DNA of 64,000 nt from a virus (Duplodnaviria > Caudoviricetes): the IMG/VR virus record IMGVR_UViG_3300022601_000013; one strand, written 5' to 3'. The notes beneath the pieces were generated by a model. That model saw nothing but the letters and a program-made list of their open reading frames with translations. It ran no database searches and was not told the DNA's origin. Position 1 is the first letter of the stretch; every line of letters begins with the position of its first letter. Positions 50,592 to 59,462 of the stretch are shown here, in pieces. The position numbers and the translations under genes were made by a program.

Positions 50592-50843
50592 ATGACACTT
50601 AATAGAACTCATATAGTTTTATTGTCAATTTTAGGAAAACTGCAAGCAACTTCTGCTGCTACTGCAATTACAACGGAAGAAATTGAAAAATTTTGTCCTT
50701 TAGGGAAAAGCTATACTACCCTACATAGAGCTATACGTGGTTTATGTTTAAATGGATATATAGCACAAGGAATAAAAGACGGAAAGTTTCAAACGCATTA
50801 TATTACAAAAGATGGATTAAAATTATTAGAGGAGGTAAAATAA
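50592..50843 (+). CDS. winged-HTH protein, TubR-like centromere-binding adaptor
   Basis: wHTH with GYIAQGIKDGK...YITKDG wing; directly upstream of tubZ. Confidence 0.7.
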   Translation: MTLNRTHIVLLSILGKLQATSAATAITTEEIEKFCPLGKSYTTLHRAIRGLCLNGYIAQGIKDGKFQTHYITKDGLKLLEEVK

Positions 50844-50844
50844 T

Positions 50845-51861
50845 ATGAAAGAACAATTTGGAGTAATAGGTTTGGGTCAAGCTGGAGGTAATATTGCTAA
50901 TATATTTGAAGGTAAGGGTTATAACACTATATATGTAAATACAAGTTTAGAAGATTTAAACACCATTAAAGGTGTACACAAACTGCACGTAACTGGAGCT
51001 GATGGAGCTGCCAAGGATCGTAAAAAAGTATTGCAACTTGTAATGGAATCATTTGGCGATATAATTCAAAAAATAGAAAATGTAATTACACAAAAATATA
51101 TTATTGTTGTTTACAGCTCTTCTGGTGGTACTGGAAGTGGACTGTCTACTCCAATGCTGAAATACCTTACTCAGATTGGCAAGATATGCATTCCTGTAGT
51201 AATATTACCTGATGATACAGTCGAGTCTGCAAAAGCCTGTGAGAACGCATATAACGCATGTGTAGAATTAATGTCTATTCAAGGACTTGGTGCTACTTTT
51301 TTATTAGATAATTCACGAAACGATAAGTTTACTATCAATAACAAATTTGTATGTGAACTTGATTCTTTTATAAATATAAAAAATTCAAGTGTATATGGTA
51401 ATATAGATATGGCAGAACGCAAACAAATGTTATCTTGCCCAAACGTAGCTGTACTTAGTAAACTAAGCAAAACAAAAAGTACAGCCCCAGAAATTATAGA
51501 ATCATTATATAATGGAATTTATGCAGAGGTAGAAAGCAAAACTGCTTATTATTTAGGGATAAGTACATCTAACAAATCTCTTGATATTAATAGTGTAGTG
51601 TCTGCTATAGGTGGAGTTTATGATACATTTTCTGGTATATCAGAAGCTACAACTGTATCAATAATAACTGGGCTACAATTTCCACAAAAAAGAATTTTAA
51701 AATTTAAGAATAAATTTGAAGCAACTGTCAAGAATATAAATGGTAGCAACTTCATTCAAGACTTGACACCGTTAGAGCCACTAAAGGGGTTATCATTTAC
51801 AAGAGAGCAAGCTACGCCTACTAACCCAAGGGACTTGCTGATGATGTTATTAAATGGATAA
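50845..51861 (+). CDS. tubZ: tubulin/FtsZ-family GTPase, TubZ (type III partition)
   Basis: GLGQAGGNI and SGGTGSG tubulin signature. Confidence 0.88.
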   Translation: MKEQFGVIGLGQAGGNIANIFEGKGYNTIYVNTSLEDLNTIKGVHKLHVTGADGAAKDRKKVLQLVMESFGDIIQKIENVITQKYIIVVYSSSGGTGSGLSTPMLKYLTQIGKICIPVVILPDDTVESAKACENAYNACVELMSIQGLGATFLLDNSRNDKFTINNKFVCELDSFINIKNSSVYGNIDMAERKQMLSCPNVAVLSKLSKTKSTAPEIIESLYNGIYAEVESKTAYYLGISTSNKSLDINSVVSAIGGVYDTFSGISEATTVSIITGLQFPQKRILKFKNKFEATVKNINGSNFIQDLTPLEPLKGLSFTREQATPTNPRDLLMMLLNG

Positions 51862-51899
51862 AAATAAGGACTATCAATTACGATAGTCCTTATTTTTTT
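51861..51899 (+). terminator. intrinsic terminator
   Basis: AAAATAAGGACTATC/GATAGTCCTTATTTT. Confidence 0.8.
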
Positions 51900-51947
51900 A
51901 GCTATAATTACTCGCAATAATTATAGTATGCGTAAATAAAAAATACA

Positions 51948-51993
51948 TGAATATTTTTCATATATATGATATCATATTTTATTTTATAATTCA
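51948..51993. other. candidate recombinase attachment site (attP-like)
   Basis: 14-bp palindrome ATATGATATCATAT plus outer TGAAT/ATTCA about the same centre; next to the recombinase 3' end. Confidence 0.35.
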
Positions 51994-52002
51994 ACAAAAA
52001 TA

Positions 52003-52022
52003 AAAGAGCCAAAAGGCTCTTT
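52003..52022 (-). terminator. terminator of the recombinase gene
   Basis: AAAGAGCC/GGCTCTTT with a T run on the minus strand. Confidence 0.65.
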
Positions 52023-53996
52023 CTAATACTTTTTATATTTAGGTTTTATATCCTTATACCATTTGCATATTTTGTGCAAGAATTGGATAGTCACACTAAG
52101 TTCAACAACCCTTCTGGAGTATGATAGAACCGTGTTATTTTCTACTGCTTGTTTTAAGTTATCAGCATTTACAACAATACAACCTTTACGAGAAGCTATT
52201 TGTTGCAGATACCCAGCAGTTATCATATTGTCGTACAATTTAGAAAATATATGTGTGTCAAATCTAACTCCTTGTGCCCTTATATATGCTTCACACTTCT
52301 TTTTTACGATGGTTTGGTTTGCATGTAATTCTAAATATTGTATCATTTTTTTTACAATCGCTTCTTTGTTTGCATTTTTAAATTGAATGTAATTTGTACA
52401 CAGTTCGTGCAAGTCGCCCTTTAAAAATATGTCCATTCCCTCATCTTCGTGAACAATAATTTTTTCTACTATAGTTTCAATATGTCTACGTTTTAATGTT
52501 TTGTTTGCTATAATTTCATCAAAGATTTGTAATACTGATGTAAGTTCTTTTTTTAAATCAATATCTTGTATAACTTCTTCTTCAATATCGTTTAATCTTG
52601 TTAAAATTGATTGTAATTCGGTATATTTGTCGTTTATCATCTTTAAATATGTTTTATCCATAAATTCTTTCATTGCACGATCTGACATACTTTCGTGCAT
52701 CCTTTGTTCTATTAACATTTCAATTTCTTTTTCTATTCTATTTTTATCTTTGTGTAATATTTCAAAATTATTTTTTTGGTAGTCTTTCATTTTATTTTTT
52801 GATTCAAGCTTTAAATCTGTAATAGCTTCTGATAAATTATTTCTACAATGCTCTAAAAAGTAAATTAAGGCAGTTGTAAGATGCTCATCGTTTGTTGAGT
52901 GACTTGTACAATAGTCCGTGCCCATCATATGATATTTGCGACATACATATCTTTGAGTTTTAGCACTTCTACTTGGTGTTAACCTTGTTCCACAATCTGC
53001 ACAAAATAATTTGCCAGCGAATACAGTTGGTCCTTTTTCTGAGCTTCGATAATTTGAATGAGTTCTTTCTGCTAAAATTTCTTGAGCAAGTTTAAATGTT
53101 TGTTTATCAATAATCGGCTCGTGGACATCTTCGAATCTTATTAAATCTTCTTCTTTTTGTTTTATAACTTTCCCATTTATTGTTCTTCTTTTACTTTTCC
53201 CCAGAGTAAGAACACCTATGTAAAAATCATTTCTGAGTATTTTTAATATAATAGCTTGACTCCAAATGGTATTAGATACATCTTTTTTATAAACACGCCC
53301 AAGCCTCTCCATTTTTAATTTTAAATTTTGAGTGCAAGTTGGGACTTGACGTTCAGTTAATATCCTTGCTATTGCTTTTGCTCCATAGCCGTTTAAATAC
53401 ATATCAAATATTTCTTGAACATAAATTGCACAAGTTTTGTCTACATAATACTTTCCTTTTACAAAAGGATCTAATTCATATCCATATGGAACTTGAGAGA
53501 TATATCTTCCCTCTTTTTGCATTCTTTCAATTGCAGCTCTTATATTTTTACTTGTATCTCTAATATATTTTTCATTTACCCAAGTATTAATACCAACCAT
53601 ATCATGGGTACGCTCGTCGAAAGTATCATAACCATCACTAATTGTTATTACTCTATTTCCATCTTCTTGAATGTTTTCTAAAAATAAATTAACTTTAGAG
53701 CCCCTTCTTCCTATACGTGATAAATGTTTTGCAATAATAACTTTAACCTTGCCGTTATTTAAGTCATTTTTTAATTCGTTAAAACCAGGTCTGTCCATAG
53801 AATATCCGCTATATCCATCATCTATATACCAATTTGTAATTACAAACCCGTTTTTAGATGCCCAATCATCTATAATAGCTCTTTGATTTGTTATCGAAGT
53901 ACTTTCATCTTCTCCATCGTCTTTTGATAAACGCAAGTATCCAACCGCATCTATTAATTCTTGTTGTAATAGTTGTTCTATTTTTTTATTTTTCAT
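52023..53996 (-). CDS. large serine recombinase (integrase)
   Basis: YLRLS catalytic Ser, DDGYSG, RPGF, SRIGR; PYGY recombinase domain; CADCG...YVC Zn ribbon; coiled coil. Confidence 0.93.
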   Translation of the reverse strand: MKNKKIEQLLQQELIDAVGYLRLSKDDGEDESTSITNQRAIIDDWASKNGFVITNWYIDDGYSGYSMDRPGFNELKNDLNNGKVKVIIAKHLSRIGRRGSKVNLFLENIQEDGNRVITISDGYDTFDERTHDMVGINTWVNEKYIRDTSKNIRAAIERMQKEGRYISQVPYGYELDPFVKGKYYVDKTCAIYVQEIFDMYLNGYGAKAIARILTERQVPTCTQNLKLKMERLGRVYKKDVSNTIWSQAIILKILRNDFYIGVLTLGKSKRRTINGKVIKQKEEDLIRFEDVHEPIIDKQTFKLAQEILAERTHSNYRSSEKGPTVFAGKLFCADCGTRLTPSRSAKTQRYVCRKYHMMGTDYCTSHSTNDEHLTTALIYFLEHCRNNLSEAITDLKLESKNKMKDYQKNNFEILHKDKNRIEKEIEMLIEQRMHESMSDRAMKEFMDKTYLKMINDKYTELQSILTRLNDIEEEVIQDIDLKKELTSVLQIFDEIIANKTLKRRHIETIVEKIIVHEDEGMDIFLKGDLHELCTNYIQFKNANKEAIVKKMIQYLELHANQTIVKKKCEAYIRAQGVRFDTHIFSKLYDNMITAGYLQQIASRKGCIVVNADNLKQAVENNTVLSYSRRVVELSVTIQFLHKICKWYKDIKPKYKKY

Positions 53997-54033
53997 ATCG
54001 TATACACCTCATTGTTATTTTTCTATATACCTT

Positions 54034-54062
54034 ATTGTAACATGATATATATGACTAATCAA
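54034..54062 (-). promoter_or_regulatory. sigma-A promoter for the recombinase
   Basis: TTGATT-N17-TACAAT with extended TG. Confidence 0.6.
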
Positions 54063-54219
54063 CATTTATAAGTTCTTCTAAACAATTTAATATCTTTCCT
54101 TTACCAGATATTATTAAAATCAGAGAAATATCTTTAGAATTAAATTCACTTCTTATTTTTTTTAAATCTTCTTGAGTTGTGTCGTTTGGTAAATATTTTA
54201 TAATTGCATCTTTTGTCAT
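54055..54219 (-). CDS. 54-aa protein, candidate recombination directionality factor (not in ORF track)
   Basis: GGAGGT RBS; MTKDAIIKYLPNDTT...LEELINVD; directly upstream of the recombinase; function inferred. Confidence 0.55.
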   Translation of the reverse strand: MTKDAIIKYLPNDTTQEDLKKIRSEFNSKDISLILIISGKGKILNCLEELINVD

Positions 54220-54228
54220 AATACCTCC

Positions 54229-54276
54229 AAAAAAAATAAAGACCCTATAAGAAAATTACTCCCATAAGGTCTTTAT
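54229..54276 (-). terminator. terminator after dut
   Basis: ATAAAGACC/GGTCTTTAT with a T run on the minus strand. Confidence 0.6.
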
Positions 54277-54286
54277 ATAGTTTTAA

Positions 54287-54302
54287 ATTAATTTTGTATT
54301 GT
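54287..54302 (-). repeat. 16-bp dispersed repeat copy
   Basis: Exact consensus on the minus strand, immediately after the dut stop. Confidence 0.75.
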
Positions 54303-54755
54303 TTATTTTACACCAGTTGAGCCGAAACCGCCAAGTCTTTCTGCTGTTGTGTTATCATCATCAGTAGTAAGATAATTGATAAACATGCCCTGTGCAATTC
54401 TGTCTCCTTTTTCAATAATATATGGAGTGTTGCCAAGGTTAAGAAGATTAATTCCGATATTGCCGTCATTATCTGGATTAGAGTAATAATCGCTCTCAAC
54501 CCAACCCTGTGTGTTGGCAAGCATAATAGGTTGTTTGCCCATTGAACTTCTTACGTTAATTAACAAAGCTTCGTTATCGTTAAATTTTGCTTTAACGTCG
54601 GTCCAAATTAACGCAGACTGCATAGGCTTAATTGTAACGTCTGTTGATGAGTAAAAATCATACGCAATAGATGATTTTGTTGCTCTTGTTGGAAGTTTTA
54701 TTTCACCTTTAGTTTTTCTGTAATCATCAGAAACTACTTCAAAATATCTATTCAT
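54303..54755 (-). CDS. dut: trimeric dUTPase
   Basis: LPTRAT, RSS, ESDYY, GDRIAQG, RLGGFGSTG. Confidence 0.95.
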   Translation of the reverse strand: MNRYFEVVSDDYRKTKGEIKLPTRATKSSIAYDFYSSTDVTIKPMQSALIWTDVKAKFNDNEALLINVRSSMGKQPIMLANTQGWVESDYYSNPDNDGNIGINLLNLGNTPYIIEKGDRIAQGMFINYLTTDDDNTTAERLGGFGSTGVK

Positions 54756-54776
54756 TTGTTTATACCTCCTGATATG

Positions 54777-55130
54777 TTAATTACAAAAGAAACAATTAAG
54801 CAAGTCAAGACCATCTTCGTCTTCATCAAACAGATTGATTGCATCAATCCAAGGACAATCTAATTCAGTTGAGAAAGTATCATAGTCATTTAGGTACTTT
54901 TCAAGAAGATCAATTGTCTTATCAATTTGTTCGTTTGTGGCAATAATTGCATCTTCAAGCTCTTTTGTGCGAGCTTCCTGTTCAGACTTCTTTTTTAATT
55001 CTGCAGCCTTAGCTGCATCTTCTTTCTGTTTAGCTACACAATTAGCTTCACACTTACTTCTGTCTACGATTGTGTCATATGTCTTTCCGCAAATGCCGCA
55101 CTTATACATTTTGTTTTCATTAGTTGTCAT
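54777..55130 (-). CDS. hypothetical protein with Zn-finger-like N-terminus
   Basis: YKCGICGKTY...CEANC. Confidence 0.65.
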   Translation of the reverse strand: MTTNENKMYKCGICGKTYDTIVDRSKCEANCVAKQKEDAAKAAELKKKSEQEARTKELEDAIIATNEQIDKTIDLLEKYLNDYDTFSTELDCPWIDAINLFDEDEDGLDLLNCFFCN

Positions 55131-55187
55131 AAAAATCTCTCCTTTAATGCTTGTTTATTTTTATTTTATATTTTTAATATAAAATAA

Positions 55188-55883
55188 TTATCTTTTTAAC
55201 CAATTACTATACTCTGTTAAGAGTTTTGTATACATTTCAGTCTCATTAACCTTTTCAATATCTGCAAATTTTACAAATCCTGTATTATCAATAGGCCTAT
55301 CATCAAAAACATCGAGTGTTTCAAGATATGAAAAATTATCTCTTCCAATACCAACAAACATTATAAAACAATTATCTGTTGACATAGCACGTACAATCTT
55401 GTCAGTTTCTGTCTTATCAAAGTTATCTCCATCTGTAATAAAAATAATAAACTCTGGTATATCGTTAGTAACCTTTGAATGAATTGCATTAAGCACACCA
55501 GCGTAACTTGTGCCACCCATACAGAAAGAACTTCTCATAACGTTTCTACTAATATAATCCTCGTAATTTGATTTCTTGCATGGTTTAATCTCTTTGTAAT
55601 AATCGCTAAATAAATAACATTCCATTTCACCATCGTCATCAAACTTTAACGCAAAAGGGAACAACTTGTTAATTACTTCCTGCATTGTGCCATTTGAATA
55701 TCTGCCTGACATCGAACCAGAATAATCAAGTACAAGTTTAACTTTTGATTTTAAATTTGTAAAATCAACGTTTGTTTCTTTAGTTAAACTTACAGCAACC
55801 TTATCTAACGAAACAATATAATCATCAAGATTTGCTGACTTCTGTTCAGTTTTTGTACTTCTAAATAAATTCATAATACCCAT
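55188..55883 (-). CDS. vWA domain protein (TerF-associated vWA type)
   Basis: LDYSGSM MIDAS, FDDDG, GGTSY, FITDG, FVGIG, DNTGF. Confidence 0.85.
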   Translation of the reverse strand: MGIMNLFRSTKTEQKSANLDDYIVSLDKVAVSLTKETNVDFTNLKSKVKLVLDYSGSMSGRYSNGTMQEVINKLFPFALKFDDDGEMECYLFSDYYKEIKPCKKSNYEDYISRNVMRSSFCMGGTSYAGVLNAIHSKVTNDIPEFIIFITDGDNFDKTETDKIVRAMSTDNCFIMFVGIGRDNFSYLETLDVFDDRPIDNTGFVKFADIEKVNETEMYTKLLTEYSNWLKR

Positions 55884-55902
55884 TGCCTTTTTACTCCTTA
55901 TT

Positions 55903-56133
55903 TTATATAATATCACACACACCTATTTCAAGTGTGTTATCTATAATTACTTTATATCCTCTGAATGTATTATCAGATGTATACATTGCTCTGTGATTTA
56001 TTTTGTCGTTGTTGTGTAGCAACATAAGCGATGTTTCGCTGCATTTAATCACTGGAGTTTTTCCAGTTTGTACAATAAATATTTCGCAATGCCTTGTAAT
56101 CCATTCAGGATCTATGTTAACAAATTTTATCAT
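55903..56133 (-). CDS. hypothetical protein
   Basis: ORF packed in operon. Confidence 0.55.
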   Translation of the reverse strand: MIKFVNIDPEWITRHCEIFIVQTGKTPVIKCSETSLMLLHNNDKINHRAMYTSDNTFRGYKVIIDNTLEIGVCDII

Positions 56134-56408
56134 AATATATTTCTCCACCAACTATATATACCGTTCTGCTCTATTAATACAGTACCCTCAAATACATCTA
56201 CTGTATCGTTAAATTCTGGAGAGTACTCATCAACAAGGAAAATTCCTTTATTAAAAATATCATCATAACACTTTACGTTATATTTTGTTTTATTTGACAC
56301 TTTGTTTTTAAAATGTAAAATACAACACTTGTATCTTTTAGAACCAATTGGGTCTGCACTTACTGGTAAAATAGATGGATGAAACATTGTTGTTTTGTTC
56401 TCTATCAT
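56130..56408 (-). CDS. hypothetical protein
   Basis: AAGGAG RBS. Confidence 0.6.
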   Translation of the reverse strand: MIENKTTMFHPSILPVSADPIGSKRYKCCILHFKNKVSNKTKYNVKCYDDIFNKGIFLVDEYSPEFNDTVDVFEGTVLIEQNGIYSWWRNIL

Positions 56409-56411
56409 TTG

Positions 56412-56612
56412 TTACTCCTTTATATACTTGTTTAAGTCTAACGGATTTTCTGCTTTATGTTTAGTTTTTTTAGGTTTATTATTTGTAACTTTATAAAGAT
56501 AATATTCGGTACGGAACATATTTGATGTAATAATGTATATTAATATACCATTAATATCTTTATATTGTAACCATAATATTTCTTCTTTAGGAATGTTTAT
56601 TGTAGTATTCAT
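56412..56612 (-). CDS. hypothetical protein
   Basis: AAGGAG RBS. Confidence 0.6.
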   Translation of the reverse strand: MNTTINIPKEEILWLQYKDINGILIYIITSNMFRTEYYLYKVTNNKPKKTKHKAENPLDLNKYIKE

Positions 56613-56614
56613 TA

Positions 56615-56815
56615 TTACTCCTTAACAACACAGTAAAGAGAGCAATGACAATAACCTTCTTCGCCACGTTCAACTTGATCTCTGAACTCCTTACACATAC
56701 ATTTTGTATCAGGTGTTTTTTGAAGTCTACAAGGACAATAGTGGTTATTATCTTCTACTGCTTTGCGTATTCTTTCATATTCTTCTATATCTGGGTTTTT
56801 AATTATCCTTAACAT
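56615..56815 (-). CDS. ferredoxin-thioredoxin reductase catalytic-subunit-like protein
   Basis: CPC...CMC...CHC triad of FTR beta chains. Confidence 0.8.
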   Translation of the reverse strand: MLRIIKNPDIEEYERIRKAVEDNNHYCPCRLQKTPDTKCMCKEFRDQVERGEEGYCHCSLYCVVKE

Positions 56816-57294
56816 ATTTCTCGCCTCCATATATGTTGGTTTGTACTTGCAAGCACAACACCTTCTTCTATATGATTTGATGCTACAAGTTTTTCCTTAT
56901 ATTTGCCGTATTTAATGTAATTTACAGATGTATTATTCATTAAATACTGTACATAATCAGAATCCTTATCGTGTCCAGTATACACAATTGTTAACAGGTT
57001 GTTTTCGTGTGCAGCTTTAATTGCAAGTATAAGCTCTTCTAATTGTAAGCTCCATTCTAATCCAGCAAAAATAATACCTTTATGAAATGGGTTGTTTTTA
57101 GCAATATCTATTAACCCTTGAATTGTTATTTGTTTTGTAGGCATTTTTTTTACATGCTGATTAAAACAATTTTTACAATTAAAATTACAATCACAAGCAG
57201 AGATGAGAACCCCTATAAAAGGGGCATCTCCCATTCTCTCTGTTTCAATATATTTATAATTAATCTTTTTCTGGTTCAAGCTGTTTTCTTTCAT
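56809..57294 (-). CDS. nrdG: anaerobic RNR activating radical-SAM enzyme
   Basis: CNFNCKNC motif, GLEW, YTG, STNQ; overlaps nrdD. Confidence 0.85.
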   Translation of the reverse strand: MKENSLNQKKINYKYIETERMGDAPFIGVLISACDCNFNCKNCFNQHVKKMPTKQITIQGLIDIAKNNPFHKGIIFAGLEWSLQLEELILAIKAAHENNLLTIVYTGHDKDSDYVQYLMNNTSVNYIKYGKYKEKLVASNHIEEGVVLASTNQHIWRREIC

Positions 57295-59032
57295 AGAATT
57301 CCTCTGTCTTTCCATCATTATAATCATCAACACATCTAAGATAGCCTGTAATACGCTGATACATTTTTAACTTTGCCTTACATATTGGACATACATCAAC
57401 CTTATCTGCAATATATCTGTGTTCAGGACAATATCTATTAAGAGGTGAAATACTTACATATGGAACTTCATACTCCGTGCATACTGTACGCACAATCTCT
57501 TTTGCTGTTTCACCACTAATAGCTCCATTACAGAATATGTGAATTACAGTACCACCAGTAAACATTATCTGTAAATCTTCTTGATGGTCGAAAGTTTCTT
57601 TAATACTGTTAATTTTACCTACAGGAATATGACAACTGTTTGTATAATAAGGAGATTTCTTTGTACCTCTTGTTATAATATCTGGGAAGGTTTCTTTGTC
57701 TTTTTTTGCGAGTCTGTAACAGGTTGACTCTGCTGGTGTTGCTTCAAAGTTATAAAGGTTTCCTGTCTCTTCCTGAAACTCTAAAAGCTTTTCTCTGATA
57801 TGATTTCCTACGTCTAACGCAAATTCTTTACCTACATCAGTAAGAATATCAATTCCTTCTCCAAAGAAGTTTTCACACATTTCATTCATTCCAACAATAC
57901 CTATTGTACTAAAATGATTTTTCATTGTGCCTACATAAGTATTAAACGCAGGGATAATATTTGTGCTAATAACATTTTCCTGTAACCATTCACGTTTAAT
58001 TTCAAGGCTTTCCTTAGCAACATTTAAAATTCTATCAAGTTCGGCATAAAACCCTTCTTTGTTGTTCTTATTATTATAAGCAACTCTCGGCAGATTAATT
58101 GTTACAACACCAATAGAACCTGTGCTATCACCACTACCAAAAAGACCACCGTTTCTTTTCTGAAGCTGTGTTAAGTCTAACCTTAAACGACAACACATAC
58201 TTCTTGCATCTTCAGGCTTCATATCGCTATTAAGGAAATTTGCAAAATAAGGATATCCATATTTTCCTGCCATCTCCCAAAGCAACTTGTTGTTAGGATT
58301 GTCCCAGTCAAATCTTTCGTGAATGTTGTATGTTGGGATAGGATAAGCAAAAGGTCTGCCATTACTATCACCCTTAATCATAAGTTCGCAAAAAGCCTTA
58401 TTAAACATATCCATTTCTGCCTGACATTCACCGTATGTAAAGTCTGCTAACTCACCACCAACAAGTGCACATTCTTCGAGCAAATCATTAGGTGGTGTTA
58501 AATCTAATGTAATATTAGAAAATGCAGGTTCTGCACCGCCACGACTATTAGAATTTATACTAAAAATAAAATTCTGTAATGACTGCTTAACTTCTGAATA
58601 CTTTAAGTTGTCAATCTTAATAAAAGGTGCAAGTAATGTGTCAACAGAACTGAACGCAACTGCACCCATTATTTCGTTCTGATATACAGTAATAAGGTTT
58701 GCCATCTGATTAAGGATAGAATCAAAGTGGTTTGCTGGTGCAGATGTTGGAATATTCTGAACACCGTGAACACCTTCCTGTATAAGCTTTCTTAATGAAT
58801 ATCCACAGCAATAAAGGGTAAGTCCTCCAAGGTCGTGAATGTGCATTAAGCCATCAAGATATTCCTTTGATATATAATCAGGATATACCTCTCTAAGCCA
58901 ATAGTCTTTTGAAACTTCTGCAATAATATGTTTACCAAGCCCACCATAAGAGTACGGAGAATTTGAATTCTCTTTTACTCTCCAGTCCTGCTGTTTAAGA
59001 TATCCTTCTACAATACTTTTACTACTCTTCAT
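57260..59032 (-). CDS. nrdD: class III (anaerobic) ribonucleotide reductase
   Basis: HIHDL, YCCG, SMCCRL finger loop, EATPAES, CPEH..CPIC, RITGY glycyl-radical motif. Confidence 0.95.
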   Translation of the reverse strand: MKSSKSIVEGYLKQQDWRVKENSNSPYSYGGLGKHIIAEVSKDYWLREVYPDYISKEYLDGLMHIHDLGGLTLYCCGYSLRKLIQEGVHGVQNIPTSAPANHFDSILNQMANLITVYQNEIMGAVAFSSVDTLLAPFIKIDNLKYSEVKQSLQNFIFSINSNSRGGAEPAFSNITLDLTPPNDLLEECALVGGELADFTYGECQAEMDMFNKAFCELMIKGDSNGRPFAYPIPTYNIHERFDWDNPNNKLLWEMAGKYGYPYFANFLNSDMKPEDARSMCCRLRLDLTQLQKRNGGLFGSGDSTGSIGVVTINLPRVAYNNKNNKEGFYAELDRILNVAKESLEIKREWLQENVISTNIIPAFNTYVGTMKNHFSTIGIVGMNEMCENFFGEGIDILTDVGKEFALDVGNHIREKLLEFQEETGNLYNFEATPAESTCYRLAKKDKETFPDIITRGTKKSPYYTNSCHIPVGKINSIKETFDHQEDLQIMFTGGTVIHIFCNGAISGETAKEIVRTVCTEYEVPYVSISPLNRYCPEHRYIADKVDVCPICKAKLKMYQRITGYLRCVDDYNDGKTEEFYERKQLEPEKD

Positions 59033-59238
59033 ATTTTACATCCTCCCTTAATCCATTTAACTGCTTCCATATAATTCATAATTTTATCATCAACTTTAAG
59101 CATAGGCATTGTAGTAAATCCCATTTCAACCATTTTATCAACATCATCAAAGATTTCATAAGAAATACCTAATTTGATTAATTCTTTGTTTAATGTATCG
59201 CACTTCGGACAATGCGATGTAAATAATGTTACATTCAT
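59029..59238 (-). CDS. glutaredoxin/NrdH-like redoxin
   Basis: CPKC active site, TMPML cis-Pro motif. Confidence 0.85.
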   Translation of the reverse strand: MNVTLFTSHCPKCDTLNKELIKLGISYEIFDDVDKMVEMGFTTMPMLKVDDKIMNYMEAVKWIKGGCKI

Positions 59239-59462
59239 TGTTCTGTCACCCCAAACTCATAAAAAATATTTTTAGCAAGCTCACCATCATTGTTTTCAAA
59301 AATTATATCTATAGGATTACTAAGATTAAGACTGAGTAATCCAAGTAGCGATTTGCCGTCTACTTTGTATTTTCCTGAAACAGCATCAATATTGTTTTGT
59401 GACTTGTTTGCCATAGTGCAAAATTTTTGCACTTTTGGAATTGTATCAAGTAATACTTTCAT
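59235..59462 (-). CDS. HPr-family protein lacking His15
   Basis: VDGKSLLGLLSL regulatory-Ser motif; no His in the protein. Confidence 0.8.
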   Translation of the reverse strand: MKVLLDTIPKVQKFCTMANKSQNNIDAVSGKYKVDGKSLLGLLSLNLSNPIDIIFENNDGELAKNIFYEFGVTEQ

